Below, piece after piece: positions 1-8,434 of a stretch of 64,000 nucleotides of DNA. Numbering within the stretch: the stretch's first letter is position 1; every line of letters begins with the position of its first letter. The stretch lies in the NCBI GenBank assembly GCA_002293425.1, contig DBDE01000043.1:41021-105020 (forward strand), given 5' to 3'. This stretch comes from Alistipes sp. UBA940. GTDB taxonomy: Bacteria > Bacteroidota > Bacteroidia > Bacteroidales > Rikenellaceae. The notes beneath the pieces were generated by a model. That model saw nothing but the letters and a program-made list of their open reading frames with translations, was not told where the DNA came from and made no database searches. A program made the translations under genes and the position numbers.

Positions 1-1688
1 TTCAGATCGGAGTAGGCGTACGAATTGTCCATCTCGACCTCCGAAACCGACGTGGTCACCTTGTCCTTCTGCTGCCGACCATAGCCCACATCGACGCTCT
101 TCTTCTTGGTCGTGATCAGGATCACTCCGTCCTTAGCCGCGCGGCCGTACTTCTTCTTTGCCGCTTCGTCTTTCAGCACCGCGATCGACTCCACATCGCC
201 CACATCCAGGTCGTCGATGCTCTTCACTTTGCGCCCGTCGACCACATACAGCACCTGTTCGCCCGTCTGCGGAATCTCAAAGCCTTCGGTAACAGCCGGC
301 GGCATATCCAGGTCGCCGTCGCCCTTCAACACAAAGTCGACAGGAAGAACGTAAAATACCCGCGCCGGGTCACCCTTTATCGTCCCGGGGGTCCATCTGG
401 GCGAGTCGCTCACAACCCTCACGGCCTCCCTGGCCAGCAACTCGTCCGGCGAAGCAAGCACCTCGACATTGGTCAACGAGCCGTCCCTTTCGATAACGAA
501 TTTCAACACCACCTTGCCCTGGATGTCCTTCTCCACAGCCTCCGCCGGATAAACCACCCGCGAAAGCACCCAATTGCGGAAACTCACTATATCGCCACCC
601 TCGAATTTGGGCATCACCTCCACCATCGCCGACGGCTCATCGCTCTGAGGCTGTTGCTCGATAGCGATCTCCACCGTCTCATCGACCGACACTCTTTCGA
701 CCACCTCGATGTCGTCGCTCTTCACAACATTGACAACCTCGCCCGCAAGCCCGTCGACATCGGCAACAATCACCCGTTCGACAACCTCGGGTTCGACCGT
801 CGGCGTCTCATAAACCATCTCAGGAGCCTTGTCGGTAAACCCGAAAAGCATCAACGCCCCCGCAACCAAAGGCACCACTCCCAGCACCCTCGTTGCACTT
901 AACCTGCTGTGTTTCAAATTCTTACGCATCATCTCAAAACGTTTTTTAGTTAAACTGTGTGCCAAACCAACCGAAATCTCCGGAATCACTCCGAACACCT
1001 GGCGAAAAATCAAAGGTAAATAATCGTCCACCGACAACCCGCTCCGCAAAACATCGCTGTCCGCCTCGAACTCGTGAACCTCCGTCAACAACCGCAGCAT
1101 CCACCACGCTGCCGGATTCCACCATACCACCGCCACAAGCAACTGCATCCCCACCCTCTCCACCGAATGGCGATGACGAACGTGGCTCTGCTCGTGCGTC
1201 ACGATCCGCCCCATCTCCTCGCCCGTCGTCGTCTCAGGAACATAAATGGTGCCGAAAAACGAGAACGGCGCACCGACCCGCGAACTGACCACAAGCCTCG
1301 AATCATCCGTCCTCCTCACCCCGCCCCTTCTCATACGTCGAATGGCGAACGCCTGCCAAACCATCGTCCCCAAAACCGCCATCACACCGATCCCGTAAAC
1401 GCTCCAAAGACCCACCCCGAGCCAATCCACCTGCGATTCCGGAACCGCAACCACCGGAACGAACGTCTCGTCGACAGGCGCGGCTGTAATATAAGGAATG
1501 GTGACCGGCTCCGTCGCCCAAACCGGAATGCGCAACGCCGGAACGACCATCGAAACAACCAACGTCGAAACCAAAAACATCCGCGCAACCCGAAACGACA
1601 CACGGCCATAAAGCACCGTCCGATAGAACACCGCAAAAACCGCTCCACAAGCCACTGCACCCCAAATGTAATCTACGAACGAATCCAT
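1..1688 (-). CDS. BlaR1-like M56 peptidase signal transducer fused to TonB C-terminal-like and plug-like regions (3' end runs off the left edge)
   Basis: Absent from the ORF track because it has no stop inside the window. My own translation from the ATG at 1688 gives MDSFVDYIWGAVACGAVFAVFYRTVLYGRV... It contains HEQSHVRHRH (the HExxH motif of M56/BlaR1 sensors). It then has MPKFEGGDIVSFRNWV...GKVVLKFVIERDGSLTNVEV (TonB C-terminal fold) and VLKDEAAKKKYGRAAKDGVILITTKK (receptor plug-like). The start overlaps the stop of the BlaI-like gene by 16 nt. Confidence 0.75.
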   Translation of the reverse strand, partial: MDSFVDYIWGAVACGAVFAVFYRTVLYGRVSFRVARMFLVSTLVVSMVVPALRIPVWATEPVTIPYITAAPVDETFVPVVAVPESQVDWLGVGLWSVYGIGVMAVLGTMVWQAFAIRRMRRGGVRRTDDSRLVVSSRVGAPFSFFGTIYVPETTTGEEMGRIVTHEQSHVRHRHSVERVGMQLLVAVVWWNPAAWWMLRLLTEVHEFEADSDVLRSGLSVDDYLPLIFRQVFGVIPEISVGLAHSLTKKRFEMMRKNLKHSRLSATRVLGVVPLVAGALMLFGFTDKAPEMVYETPTVEPEVVERVIVADVDGLAGEVVNVVKSDDIEVVERVSVDETVEIAIEQQPQSDEPSAMVEVMPKFEGGDIVSFRNWVLSRVVYPAEAVEKDIQGKVVLKFVIERDGSLTNVEVLASPDELLAREAVRVVSDSPRWTPGTIKGDPARVFYVLPVDFVLKGDGDLDMPPAVTEGFEIPQTGEQVLYVVDGRKVKSIDDLDVGDVESIAVLKDEAAKKKYGRAAKDGVILITTKKKSVDVGYGRQQKDKVTTSVSEVEMDNSYAYSDL

Positions 1689-2092
1689 AACCGCGTTTTT
1701 TTAGAGTTTTCGGAGGTCGCCTCTTCGTTCTTCGCATCCTCCAAAATTCCCATAATGGCGTCGAAATCGGCCATCGAAATGCTCTCGTTCTGTGCAAAAA
1801 ACGACATCATCTGCACCACCGACCCACCGAAGAAATTGCCCAAAACATTGTTCATCACGCGTCCTGCGTACGTCTCCCGAGCCACTTTGGGCCGAAATTC
1901 GTGGGTCCGGCCGACCACATTGCGACCGACAAAGCCCTTCTTTTCGAGAATCTTGAGCACCGTCGCCACGGTGGTATAAGCCGGTCGGGGCTCCGTCATA
2001 GCGTCTAAAATATCGTGGACCGTCATTCCATTGCCTTCCCACAGGATCTTCATAACGTCCATCTCCGCCCGTGTCAATTCCTTGATATCCAT
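1673..2092 (-). CDS. BlaI/MecI/CopY family transcriptional repressor
   Basis: 139-aa ORF. MDIKELTRAEMDVMKILWEGNGMTVHDILDAM...AYTTVATVLKILEKKGFV is the typical winged-helix N-terminus of this family. It lies directly upstream of, and overlaps, an M56 sensor gene. Confidence 0.85.
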   Translation of the reverse strand: MDIKELTRAEMDVMKILWEGNGMTVHDILDAMTEPRPAYTTVATVLKILEKKGFVGRNVVGRTHEFRPKVARETYAGRVMNNVLGNFFGGSVVQMMSFFAQNESISMADFDAIMGILEDAKNEEATSENSKKTRLWIRS

Positions 2093-2099
2093 AACAACT

Positions 2100-2147
2100 A
2101 CTAAACTTTTAGTTTTGCTACTACAAATATAGTACTAAGTTTTTAGT
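2100..2147. promoter_or_regulatory. Three palindromic boxes immediately upstream of the BlaI-like start; candidate operator
   Basis: The boxes are ACTAAA-CT-TTTAGT (2100-2113), TACTA-N6-TAGTA (2119-2134) and ACTAA-GTTT-TTAGT (2134-2147). All lie in the 81-nt gap between 2092 and 2174. Confidence 0.4.
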
Positions 2148-2173
2148 TTTCAAAATTTTCGCAAAATTTTTTT

Positions 2174-2902
2174 CTACCGACGAGGCGATTGCGGAATCAT
2201 CGGCACCTGAAAATCAACCGGCAAAACATACCAAACCCTAACCGGAATACCCTCAAACATACCCGGCGTCCACTTCGGCGACTGCAAAAGAACCCTCACT
2301 ACCTCCAACGAAAAATCTTCATGCGGCGACGCAATCATCTCCTGCAAAACAACCGATCCGTCGGTCTCGACAAAAAATTTTATCTCCACCTTGCCCATCA
2401 CGTCCCTGTTTCTCATCGTCTGGGGGTACGAAATGTTTCTGCGGACCCAATCGCGAAAAACCGTAATATCGCCGCCCTCGAAAGTAGGCATCACCTCCTT
2501 GCCCTCGCCCGGGCCGAAGAGCTCCAAAGTGCGCTCGCGAGGTCTGACAACGATGCTGTAATAAGACCTCCGGGGCTTTGCGCGCCTGTACGCCGGAGTC
2601 CACTCGGGCGACATTTCGAGCACCCGCGAAATCAAAAACCGCAACTGATCGCTCGCCTGTTCGGGTTCCGCAAAACCAACCACCGCGCCACTCTCATCGA
2701 CCGTGAAACCGACCACAAAAGGCTCCGCATCGCCCATTCCGAGGTTCTCCACACTGGCCGGAAAGTCAATCTTCTCCTTCAGCCACAACTCGAAACCATC
2801 ATCTGCCCCACCCTCGAACAACGCGGGAGAACTCTTCGGCGGACGCGCCCAAAGAGCACACTGCAAAAGCACCAACCCTAAAACTAAAAATATAGTTTTC
2901 AT
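2174..2902 (-). CDS. Secreted protein with two TonB C-terminal-like domains
   Basis: 242 aa with the signal peptide MKTIFLVLGLVLLQCALWA. MPTFEGGDITVFRDWVRRNISYP...GKVEIKFFVETDGSV matches the TonB_C pattern. A weaker first copy is present (FEGGADDGFELWLKEKIDFP). Confidence 0.7.
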   Translation of the reverse strand: MKTIFLVLGLVLLQCALWARPPKSSPALFEGGADDGFELWLKEKIDFPASVENLGMGDAEPFVVGFTVDESGAVVGFAEPEQASDQLRFLISRVLEMSPEWTPAYRRAKPRRSYYSIVVRPRERTLELFGPGEGKEVMPTFEGGDITVFRDWVRRNISYPQTMRNRDVMGKVEIKFFVETDGSVVLQEMIASPHEDFSLEVVRVLLQSPKWTPGMFEGIPVRVWYVLPVDFQVPMIPQSPRR

Positions 2903-2903
2903 A

Positions 2904-4202
2904 CTAAAAAGATAGTTTCTCTACCGCCTCCACCACCTCTTCGGCCGTCGCTTCGGTCGAAAAAATATGTTCCGGCTGAAGGTAAAACAACTCTTTGGCG
3001 AGGCTCGATTTCAGCAATCGCTCGCCCCCGCCCGTGACATTCAGCATCACCAAATCGTCCTTCCCCACCCTCCCCTCAGCCACCGCCCTGACAAGCGATG
3101 CCGTCGCCACAGCCGCCGCCGGATGGATGTCAACCCCCTCAGTATCAATGAATTGCGCCGCCGCACGACGAGCCTGCGCATTAGTCGCAACCATCACATC
3201 GCCCCCCGTGTCCTTCAACGCATCGTACAACCCACCCGCCAATCCCCAAGGCGGCCGGCGATTGCTAAGCACCTTAGCATCAATGATTTCCGCATCCCGC
3301 CGAGCATAAGAGTCCTCATACGGCAACATCATCCGCGAATCGACCCGCCAAGCATCGAACATCGGCACAAAAGGCGCATTCTGCGACACCGCAAGCCGAC
3401 ATTTCTTATCCCCGAAACGCCCATCCTCCAAAAACCGCAAATTGGCCTCCCAAGCCGCAATCGCGCCCGTACCGCTCCCCACGGCCTGAAAATAGTGGTC
3501 CGGAATCTGCCCGATAGTGGTCACGGCACTCAAAAACGTCGTCCCCATACCATCCCGTCGAGCCACATTTTTCGCACCCCCCTCATTGAAAAACCGACGC
3601 GACTTCAACACCAACCCACTCAAATGGATCGCATCGAAATAGTCGCTCCCGCGCTCCGTCGCGATCAACTTAACACACTGATTAACAGGCTCCTGGAACC
3701 ACAGCGCATCCAAATTATCAGCCGGAACACACAACAAAAGCGGGATCCCGTTCTCCGAGCAAACCCGCGCAAAAGCCCGCGCCGTATTCCCCGCACTCGC
3801 CACCACCAGCACCCGCTGTTCGCCCTCCGGAATGCGCCCGCACACCGAAAAGGCCTCCGTCTCCTTGAAAGAACAAGTGCTCATCAAAGCACCCCGCGAC
3901 GGGTTCCAGCCGCTAAAAGTTATCCATAAATTGCTGAGTCCCAGCGTTTTAGCCAACCCCTCGGAGCGATAAGTCACCGGAGCGGCCGATCCGCTCAGCA
4001 TCCGCCACACCGGCAGCCAATCGGCAAACTTATAGAGCCCAAGGCTTTCGTCGCCGAGATGCAACTGCTTTTGGGCATAAACAGCCCGCACCAACGACGG
4101 CGTAGAGCACATTTTGTCCTCCAACATCCAGCCCGAATCCTCGAACCTGCGACCCGTCGCAACACACTCCAACTCGTACTCCGTCGGTTTGAAATCTTTC
4201 AT
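2904..4202 (-). CDS. PLP-dependent threonine-synthase-fold enzyme, cysteate synthase-like
   Basis: 432 aa. The N-terminus is YELECVATGRRFEDSGWMLEDKMCSTPSLVRAVYAQKQL. CSFKETEAFS is a candidate PLP-lysine region. VVASAGNTARAFA and GSGTGAIAAWEA are also present. The resemblance to proteins annotated as cysteate synthase is from memory only. Confidence 0.5.
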   Translation of the reverse strand: MKDFKPTEYELECVATGRRFEDSGWMLEDKMCSTPSLVRAVYAQKQLHLGDESLGLYKFADWLPVWRMLSGSAAPVTYRSEGLAKTLGLSNLWITFSGWNPSRGALMSTCSFKETEAFSVCGRIPEGEQRVLVVASAGNTARAFARVCSENGIPLLLCVPADNLDALWFQEPVNQCVKLIATERGSDYFDAIHLSGLVLKSRRFFNEGGAKNVARRDGMGTTFLSAVTTIGQIPDHYFQAVGSGTGAIAAWEANLRFLEDGRFGDKKCRLAVSQNAPFVPMFDAWRVDSRMMLPYEDSYARRDAEIIDAKVLSNRRPPWGLAGGLYDALKDTGGDVMVATNAQARRAAAQFIDTEGVDIHPAAAVATASLVRAVAEGRVGKDDLVMLNVTGGGERLLKSSLAKELFYLQPEHIFSTEATAEEVVEAVEKLSF

Positions 4203-4244
4203 TTTAAACTATTTTGGCTTTGATTTCCTTATCACACGCTTTTT

Positions 4245-4296
4245 CAGCTCCCCCCACCCCCCCCTCGGGGGGAGCTGACGAGGTCTTCGACCTCGA
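4245..4296. repeat. GC-rich two-hairpin element, copy 1 (intergenic)
   Basis: CAGCTCCCCCC-loop-GGGGGGAGCTG, then ACG, then GAGGTC-TTC-GACCTC. The same architecture occurs at 57423-57470 and 37860-37908. Confidence 0.6.
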
Positions 4297-4301
4297 ATAG
4301 A

Positions 4302-5411
4302 TTATCCCATCCTGTTTTTAAAATCCTCAGGCGCAAACCGGCGAACGACATCCAGCGTCCCGTTCTCACGCAAAATGGCGATAGAGGGGTGTCTGACGCC
4401 ATTAAACATAGTCGTCTTGACCATCGTATAGTGGATCATATCCTCGAAAACCACCCGCTCCCCCACCCTCAACTCGCGCCCGAAATCCCACTCGCCCAGC
4501 CAATCGCCCGCCAAACAACTGCACCCGCCCAGCCGATAACCGCTCCCCTCCACCGCTCCGACAACAGCCGGCATATAGGGCATCTCCAAACAATCGGGCA
4601 TGTGGCAAGCAAACGACACGTCAAGCATAGCAGTCTTCACTCCCCCACTCTCAACCACGTCCTCGACGGTCGAAACCAGCACCCCCGTACGCCACGTGAA
4701 CGCACTCCCGGGCTCCAAAATCACCCTCAAATGCGGGTGCTTATTCTTAAAGGAGCGCAAAGTCTCCACCAACAATTCGACATCGTAACCTTCCTTGGTA
4801 AACAGGTGCCCACCGCCGAAATTCACCCACCGAAGCCGCGGCAAAAACTCGCCGAAACGCCCCTCAAACGCCTCCAAAACACGCACCAAATCCTCCGCAC
4901 CACTCTCGCACAGCACGTGAAAATGCAACCCCTCGATGCCATCGGGCAGATTTTCAAGATGCTCAATCCCCAGCCGCGACCCGGGCAAAGCGGGATTATA
5001 AAGGTCGGTCTCAACGGGCGAATAACCCGGATTGACCCTCAACCCGCACGAAACCCCCGCGGCACGCACCCGAAACCGCTCGTATTGCGAAACAGAATTG
5101 AAAGTGACATGCGAACTGAGAGCCGCAATCTCGTCGAAATCGACATCGGAATAGGTGGGAGCGTAAGTATGAACCCGAGGACCGAAACCCTCGCGAGCCA
5201 ACCGCGCCTCGGCCAGCGACGAAGCAGTCGCGCCATCGGAATGCTGAGCCAAAAGCGGAAACACGTGCCAAAAAGCACAAGCCTTCAACGCCACGATGAC
5301 CTCGACACCGGTAGCCTGCCGAACAAGATCGACCACCTCCAAGTTACACCTCAACGCCCCCTCGTCCAGCACAAAGCACGGCGAAGGTATCTCCACGGCA
5401 GGCAACGTCAT
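4302..5411 (-). CDS. nspC: Carboxynorspermidine/carboxyspermidine decarboxylase
   Basis: 369 aa. PCFVLDEGALRCNLE, VALKACAFWHVFPLL, GLHFHVLCES, NFGGGH and EPGSAF are typical of the NspC branch of alanine-racemase-fold decarboxylases. A saccharopine-dehydrogenase-family partner gene lies nearby. Confidence 0.85.
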   Translation of the reverse strand: MTLPAVEIPSPCFVLDEGALRCNLEVVDLVRQATGVEVIVALKACAFWHVFPLLAQHSDGATASSLAEARLAREGFGPRVHTYAPTYSDVDFDEIAALSSHVTFNSVSQYERFRVRAAGVSCGLRVNPGYSPVETDLYNPALPGSRLGIEHLENLPDGIEGLHFHVLCESGAEDLVRVLEAFEGRFGEFLPRLRWVNFGGGHLFTKEGYDVELLVETLRSFKNKHPHLRVILEPGSAFTWRTGVLVSTVEDVVESGGVKTAMLDVSFACHMPDCLEMPYMPAVVGAVEGSGYRLGGCSCLAGDWLGEWDFGRELRVGERVVFEDMIHYTMVKTTMFNGVRHPSIAILRENGTLDVVRRFAPEDFKNRMG

Positions 5412-5423
5412 CGGGCCCGAAAA

Positions 5424-7019
5424 TTAAGGAGCGGGTTCGGGTTCAGGAACAACTGCCAACGATGTGTCGATGACTTTAACAACGACACCCTGACTTATAA
5501 CAGACTCTCCTATGAACGCAAAAAGCCGAACCTGACTGCCAATAGTATTTGTTCCGTCGCCATCGTGAGCCGCCGTAATCGTAACTTCGGTTCTCTGCTG
5601 ATTATTTGGGGTGATGGTCACCCACGGCTCAGTCGTATATCCTGGGCCGGTCGGATCACTATCCGGATTTTTCTCCGCCCTCCACTCAACCGTCTGCGTC
5701 GCATTGGACGGCTCAAGCTTCACGCTATATGTCGTCGTCTCCTGGCCGCCCTGACCATCGACATACACGGCTTTGTTACCCTCATTAATCCACAATTCCG
5801 TCGCCGGAATCGCCACCTCGACCCTCACGGTATCGGCAATGGCCTTGCCGCCAATAATGCGATTGTTGCCCGCCTCGTCGACCATATAGGCAACCACGTC
5901 GGCCTTGCCATCACCTCCGGCACGAACCGTAATGCTCTGCGGATCGTCCTCATCAGGTTCGATGGTGATAGCGGTAGTGCTGGCCGGAAGCACCTTCCAC
6001 CTCAACCTGTCGGTGGTCCGGGCCGGTTCGACCGTCGCCGTAAAGGTCGCAACCCCGTTGATCAACAACAAACGATAATCGTCATCCCCCTCGTCCTCAT
6101 CATCGCCGTCGTCTATCGAAACGCCGGTCGCCACAACAGGACGCACAGTATAAGTCACCGAAGAATCAACTTTAGTTGTGTCGCTATCGCTGGTCGCCGT
6201 AAAATACACCGTACCAGCACCGACAACCGTCACAACCCCGTCCTCGTCGATAACAGCAACATCATCGTTGCTCGAAACCCACGTCACATCGGGATTAGTG
6301 GCATTGTCAGGCAAAACGGCAACACCGAGAGTGAACGTATCGCCCATCATCAAATTGTTCATCACAACACCCTCGCCCGGAACCGCAACCAAAACATCGA
6401 TGCTCGTCACCGGCGTCATAGCCACCTGAACCACCACCTGGTCGCGCAAATCGCCCAAGGTCGCAACAATCGTCGCCCGTCCATTGCCCACATAACGCAC
6501 CGCCGTAACCTCCGCCGCACCGTCCGAAATCGACCTCACAGTGGCAATATCGGGATGAGAACTCGTCCACACCACCTTCTTATTGGTCGCATCCGACGGG
6601 CGGATAGTGGTGGTGAGGGTAAACGTCTCCCCCGATTCGAAGCCCGACGGCGCGCCCGTCTCATTGATCTCCAAAGAGTTCGCCGGAGTGGGAATAACCG
6701 TCACAGAGCACTGATCGCTGATATTATTGCTCGTCATAGCCGAAATCGTGGCCGTGCCCAGCGCGTGAGCCGTCACAAAACCGTCCTGATCGACCGACAC
6801 GACCGAAGCATTGGAGCTCTTCCACGTCAAAGTGAGATCGGTAGCGTTGGAAGGCACGATCGTAGCCTTAATCTGTTCGCGGCCGCCGACCTGCAAATTG
6901 AGATTGGAGGGCGTAACCTCCACCCCCTCGACAAAAATCAACGAATCAAGCGTCTCAACACAAGAAACCAAACCCGCCAAAACCAATATAAAAAACAATA
7001 ACCGTTTCATATCAATCAA
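5424..7019 (-). CDS. Lipoprotein with repeated bacterial Ig-like (Big_2) domains
   Basis: 531 aa. The lipobox is LAGLVSC. There are repeated units of the form V.V.P.NAT...V.W.SSN..VA.VD..G.V.A...G.A.I.A (TLTWKSSNASVVSVDQDGFVTAHALGTATISA, VVWTSSHPDIATV, VTWVSSNDDVAVIDEDGVVTVVGAGTVYFTA). The start may be the second Met, at 7010. Confidence 0.8.
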   Translation of the reverse strand: MIDMKRLLFFILVLAGLVSCVETLDSLIFVEGVEVTPSNLNLQVGGREQIKATIVPSNATDLTLTWKSSNASVVSVDQDGFVTAHALGTATISAMTSNNISDQCSVTVIPTPANSLEINETGAPSGFESGETFTLTTTIRPSDATNKKVVWTSSHPDIATVRSISDGAAEVTAVRYVGNGRATIVATLGDLRDQVVVQVAMTPVTSIDVLVAVPGEGVVMNNLMMGDTFTLGVAVLPDNATNPDVTWVSSNDDVAVIDEDGVVTVVGAGTVYFTATSDSDTTKVDSSVTYTVRPVVATGVSIDDGDDEDEGDDDYRLLLINGVATFTATVEPARTTDRLRWKVLPASTTAITIEPDEDDPQSITVRAGGDGKADVVAYMVDEAGNNRIIGGKAIADTVRVEVAIPATELWINEGNKAVYVDGQGGQETTTYSVKLEPSNATQTVEWRAEKNPDSDPTGPGYTTEPWVTITPNNQQRTEVTITAAHDGDGTNTIGSQVRLFAFIGESVISQGVVVKVIDTSLAVVPEPEPAP

Positions 7020-7027
7020 AGTTTAAA

Positions 7028-8218
7028 CTAAACCTCCAAATCTCCATCAAAAACCTCCACCCACGGCAACCCCAACGGCCCCAACTCTTTAAGGAACGGA
7101 TCGGGATCGAACTCCTCCACATTGAAAACTCCCGAACCACCCCAAACACCCCGCGCCACAAGCGATGCTCCCAAAGCCGCCGGAACACCCGTCGTATAAC
7201 TCACCGCCTGGGTCCCCGTCTCGCGATACGCCGCCTCGTGATCGCAATTATTATAAATATAGTAAGTGCGCTCCCTGCCATCCTTCACCCCCCTGATCCT
7301 GCACCCGATACTCGTCAATCCCGTATAGTTCTCCCCAAGGCTCTTCGGGTCGGGCAAAACAGCCTTCAGGAACTGTATAGGCACAATCTTCGTACCATTA
7401 TAGTCCACCTCGTCGATGCGCGCCATCCCTATATTCTGTATAACGCGCAAATGGGTCAAATATTCCTGACCGAAAGTCATCCAAAAACGAGCCCGCTTCA
7501 GCGTCGGGAAATTCTTGACCAAACTCTCCAACTCCTCGTGGTAAATAAGGTACGACTCCTTAGGACCAATCTCCGGATAGTCGATGGGTTGATGTATCTC
7601 GTGCGGCTCGGTCTCCACCCAGCGGCCATTCTCCCAATAGCGTCCCTTCTGGGTGACCTCCCTGATATTGATCTCCGGATTGAAATTGGTCGCAAAAGCC
7701 ATTCCGTGGTTGCCCGCATTGCAATCCACAATATCCAAATAGTGAATCTCGTCGAAATAGTGCTTAACGGCATAAGCGGTGAAAATGCTCGTCACCCCGG
7801 GATCGAACCCACAGCCCAACACGGCCGTCAATCCGGCCTCCTCGAAGCGTTTCTTATACGCCCACTGCCACTTATACTCGAACTTGGCCTCGTCCTTGGG
7901 TTCATAATTGGCCGTGTCCAGATAGTTAACCCCGCACTCCAGGCAAGCGTCCATAATGGTCAAATCCTGGTACGGCAACGCGACATTGATGACCAGATCG
8001 GGAGAATATTTCCGAAACAGCGAAACCAACTCCGGCACACTGTCGGCGTCCACCTGCTCGGTTGCGATGCGATTGCCGCCCACCGCACGGGCTATCGCTT
8101 CGGCCTTCGAAACGGTGCGTGAAGCGAGGATAATGTCGGTGAAAACGGGGTCGGCGGCCACTTTATGGGCAACGACTGTGCCGACACCGCCGGCTCCGAT
8201 GATGATAACTTTTGCCAT
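7028..8218 (-). CDS. Saccharopine dehydrogenase family enzyme, carboxynorspermidine synthase (CANSDH)-like
   Basis: The ORF track starts at 8293. I prefer the ATG at 8218 (MAKVIIIGAGGVGTVVAHKVA, a Rossmann GxGxxG at the N-terminus). It lies near nspC. Confidence 0.8.
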   Translation of the reverse strand: MAKVIIIGAGGVGTVVAHKVAADPVFTDIILASRTVSKAEAIARAVGGNRIATEQVDADSVPELVSLFRKYSPDLVINVALPYQDLTIMDACLECGVNYLDTANYEPKDEAKFEYKWQWAYKKRFEEAGLTAVLGCGFDPGVTSIFTAYAVKHYFDEIHYLDIVDCNAGNHGMAFATNFNPEINIREVTQKGRYWENGRWVETEPHEIHQPIDYPEIGPKESYLIYHEELESLVKNFPTLKRARFWMTFGQEYLTHLRVIQNIGMARIDEVDYNGTKIVPIQFLKAVLPDPKSLGENYTGLTSIGCRIRGVKDGRERTYYIYNNCDHEAAYRETGTQAVSYTTGVPAALGASLVARGVWGGSGVFNVEEFDPDPFLKELGPLGLPWVEVFDGDLEV

Positions 8219-8296
8219 TTGATGCGCGCTTTTGAACGCAAAGATAACTATTTTTTGGTTCGATAGAAAAAAGTCGCTACATTTGCACTCCAAAAT

Positions 8297-8369
8297 GATT
8301 CAGTAGCTCAGTTGGTAGAGCACATCCCTTTTAAGGATGGGGTCCTGGGTTCGAGCCCCAGCTGGATCA
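8297..8369 (+). tRNA. tRNA-Lys (anticodon TTT)
   Basis: 73 nt. Acceptor stem GATTCAG/CTGGATC. D arm AGCTCAGTTGGTAGAGC. Anticodon stem CATCC/GGATG with loop CTTTTAA. T arm GGGTTCGAGCCCC. Discriminator A, and no encoded CCA. Confidence 0.9.
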
Positions 8370-8434
8370 CCGAAATAGGCCCATATCAGCTGGCAAATCG
8401 GTATTCATAATCTTTTATAATCCTAAATTACCCA

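Noticed and set aside
4267-4296. Possible hammerhead ribozyme core in the GC-rich element (CUGACGAG - helix - GAA).
   Set aside because: The CUGAnGA-like word is followed by a helix. However, the GA and the UC before GAA are themselves base-paired (GAGGTC/GACCTC). No GAAA-helix III-UH cleavage-site arrangement can be drawn. Copy 3 also lacks the GAG.
4389-7001. Very long plus-strand ORF (870 aa). Similar long ORFs occur at 21809-23971, 24701-26752, 58861-61515, 61861-63579, 33686-34942, 39092-40294 (-), 29586-30479 (-), 1074-1979 and 7238-8122.
   Set aside because: All lie antisense to ORFs with clear family motifs. Their translations are R/H/P/N/Q-rich low-complexity strings with no recognisable motif. 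They are the usual shadow ORFs of GC-rich coding DNA.
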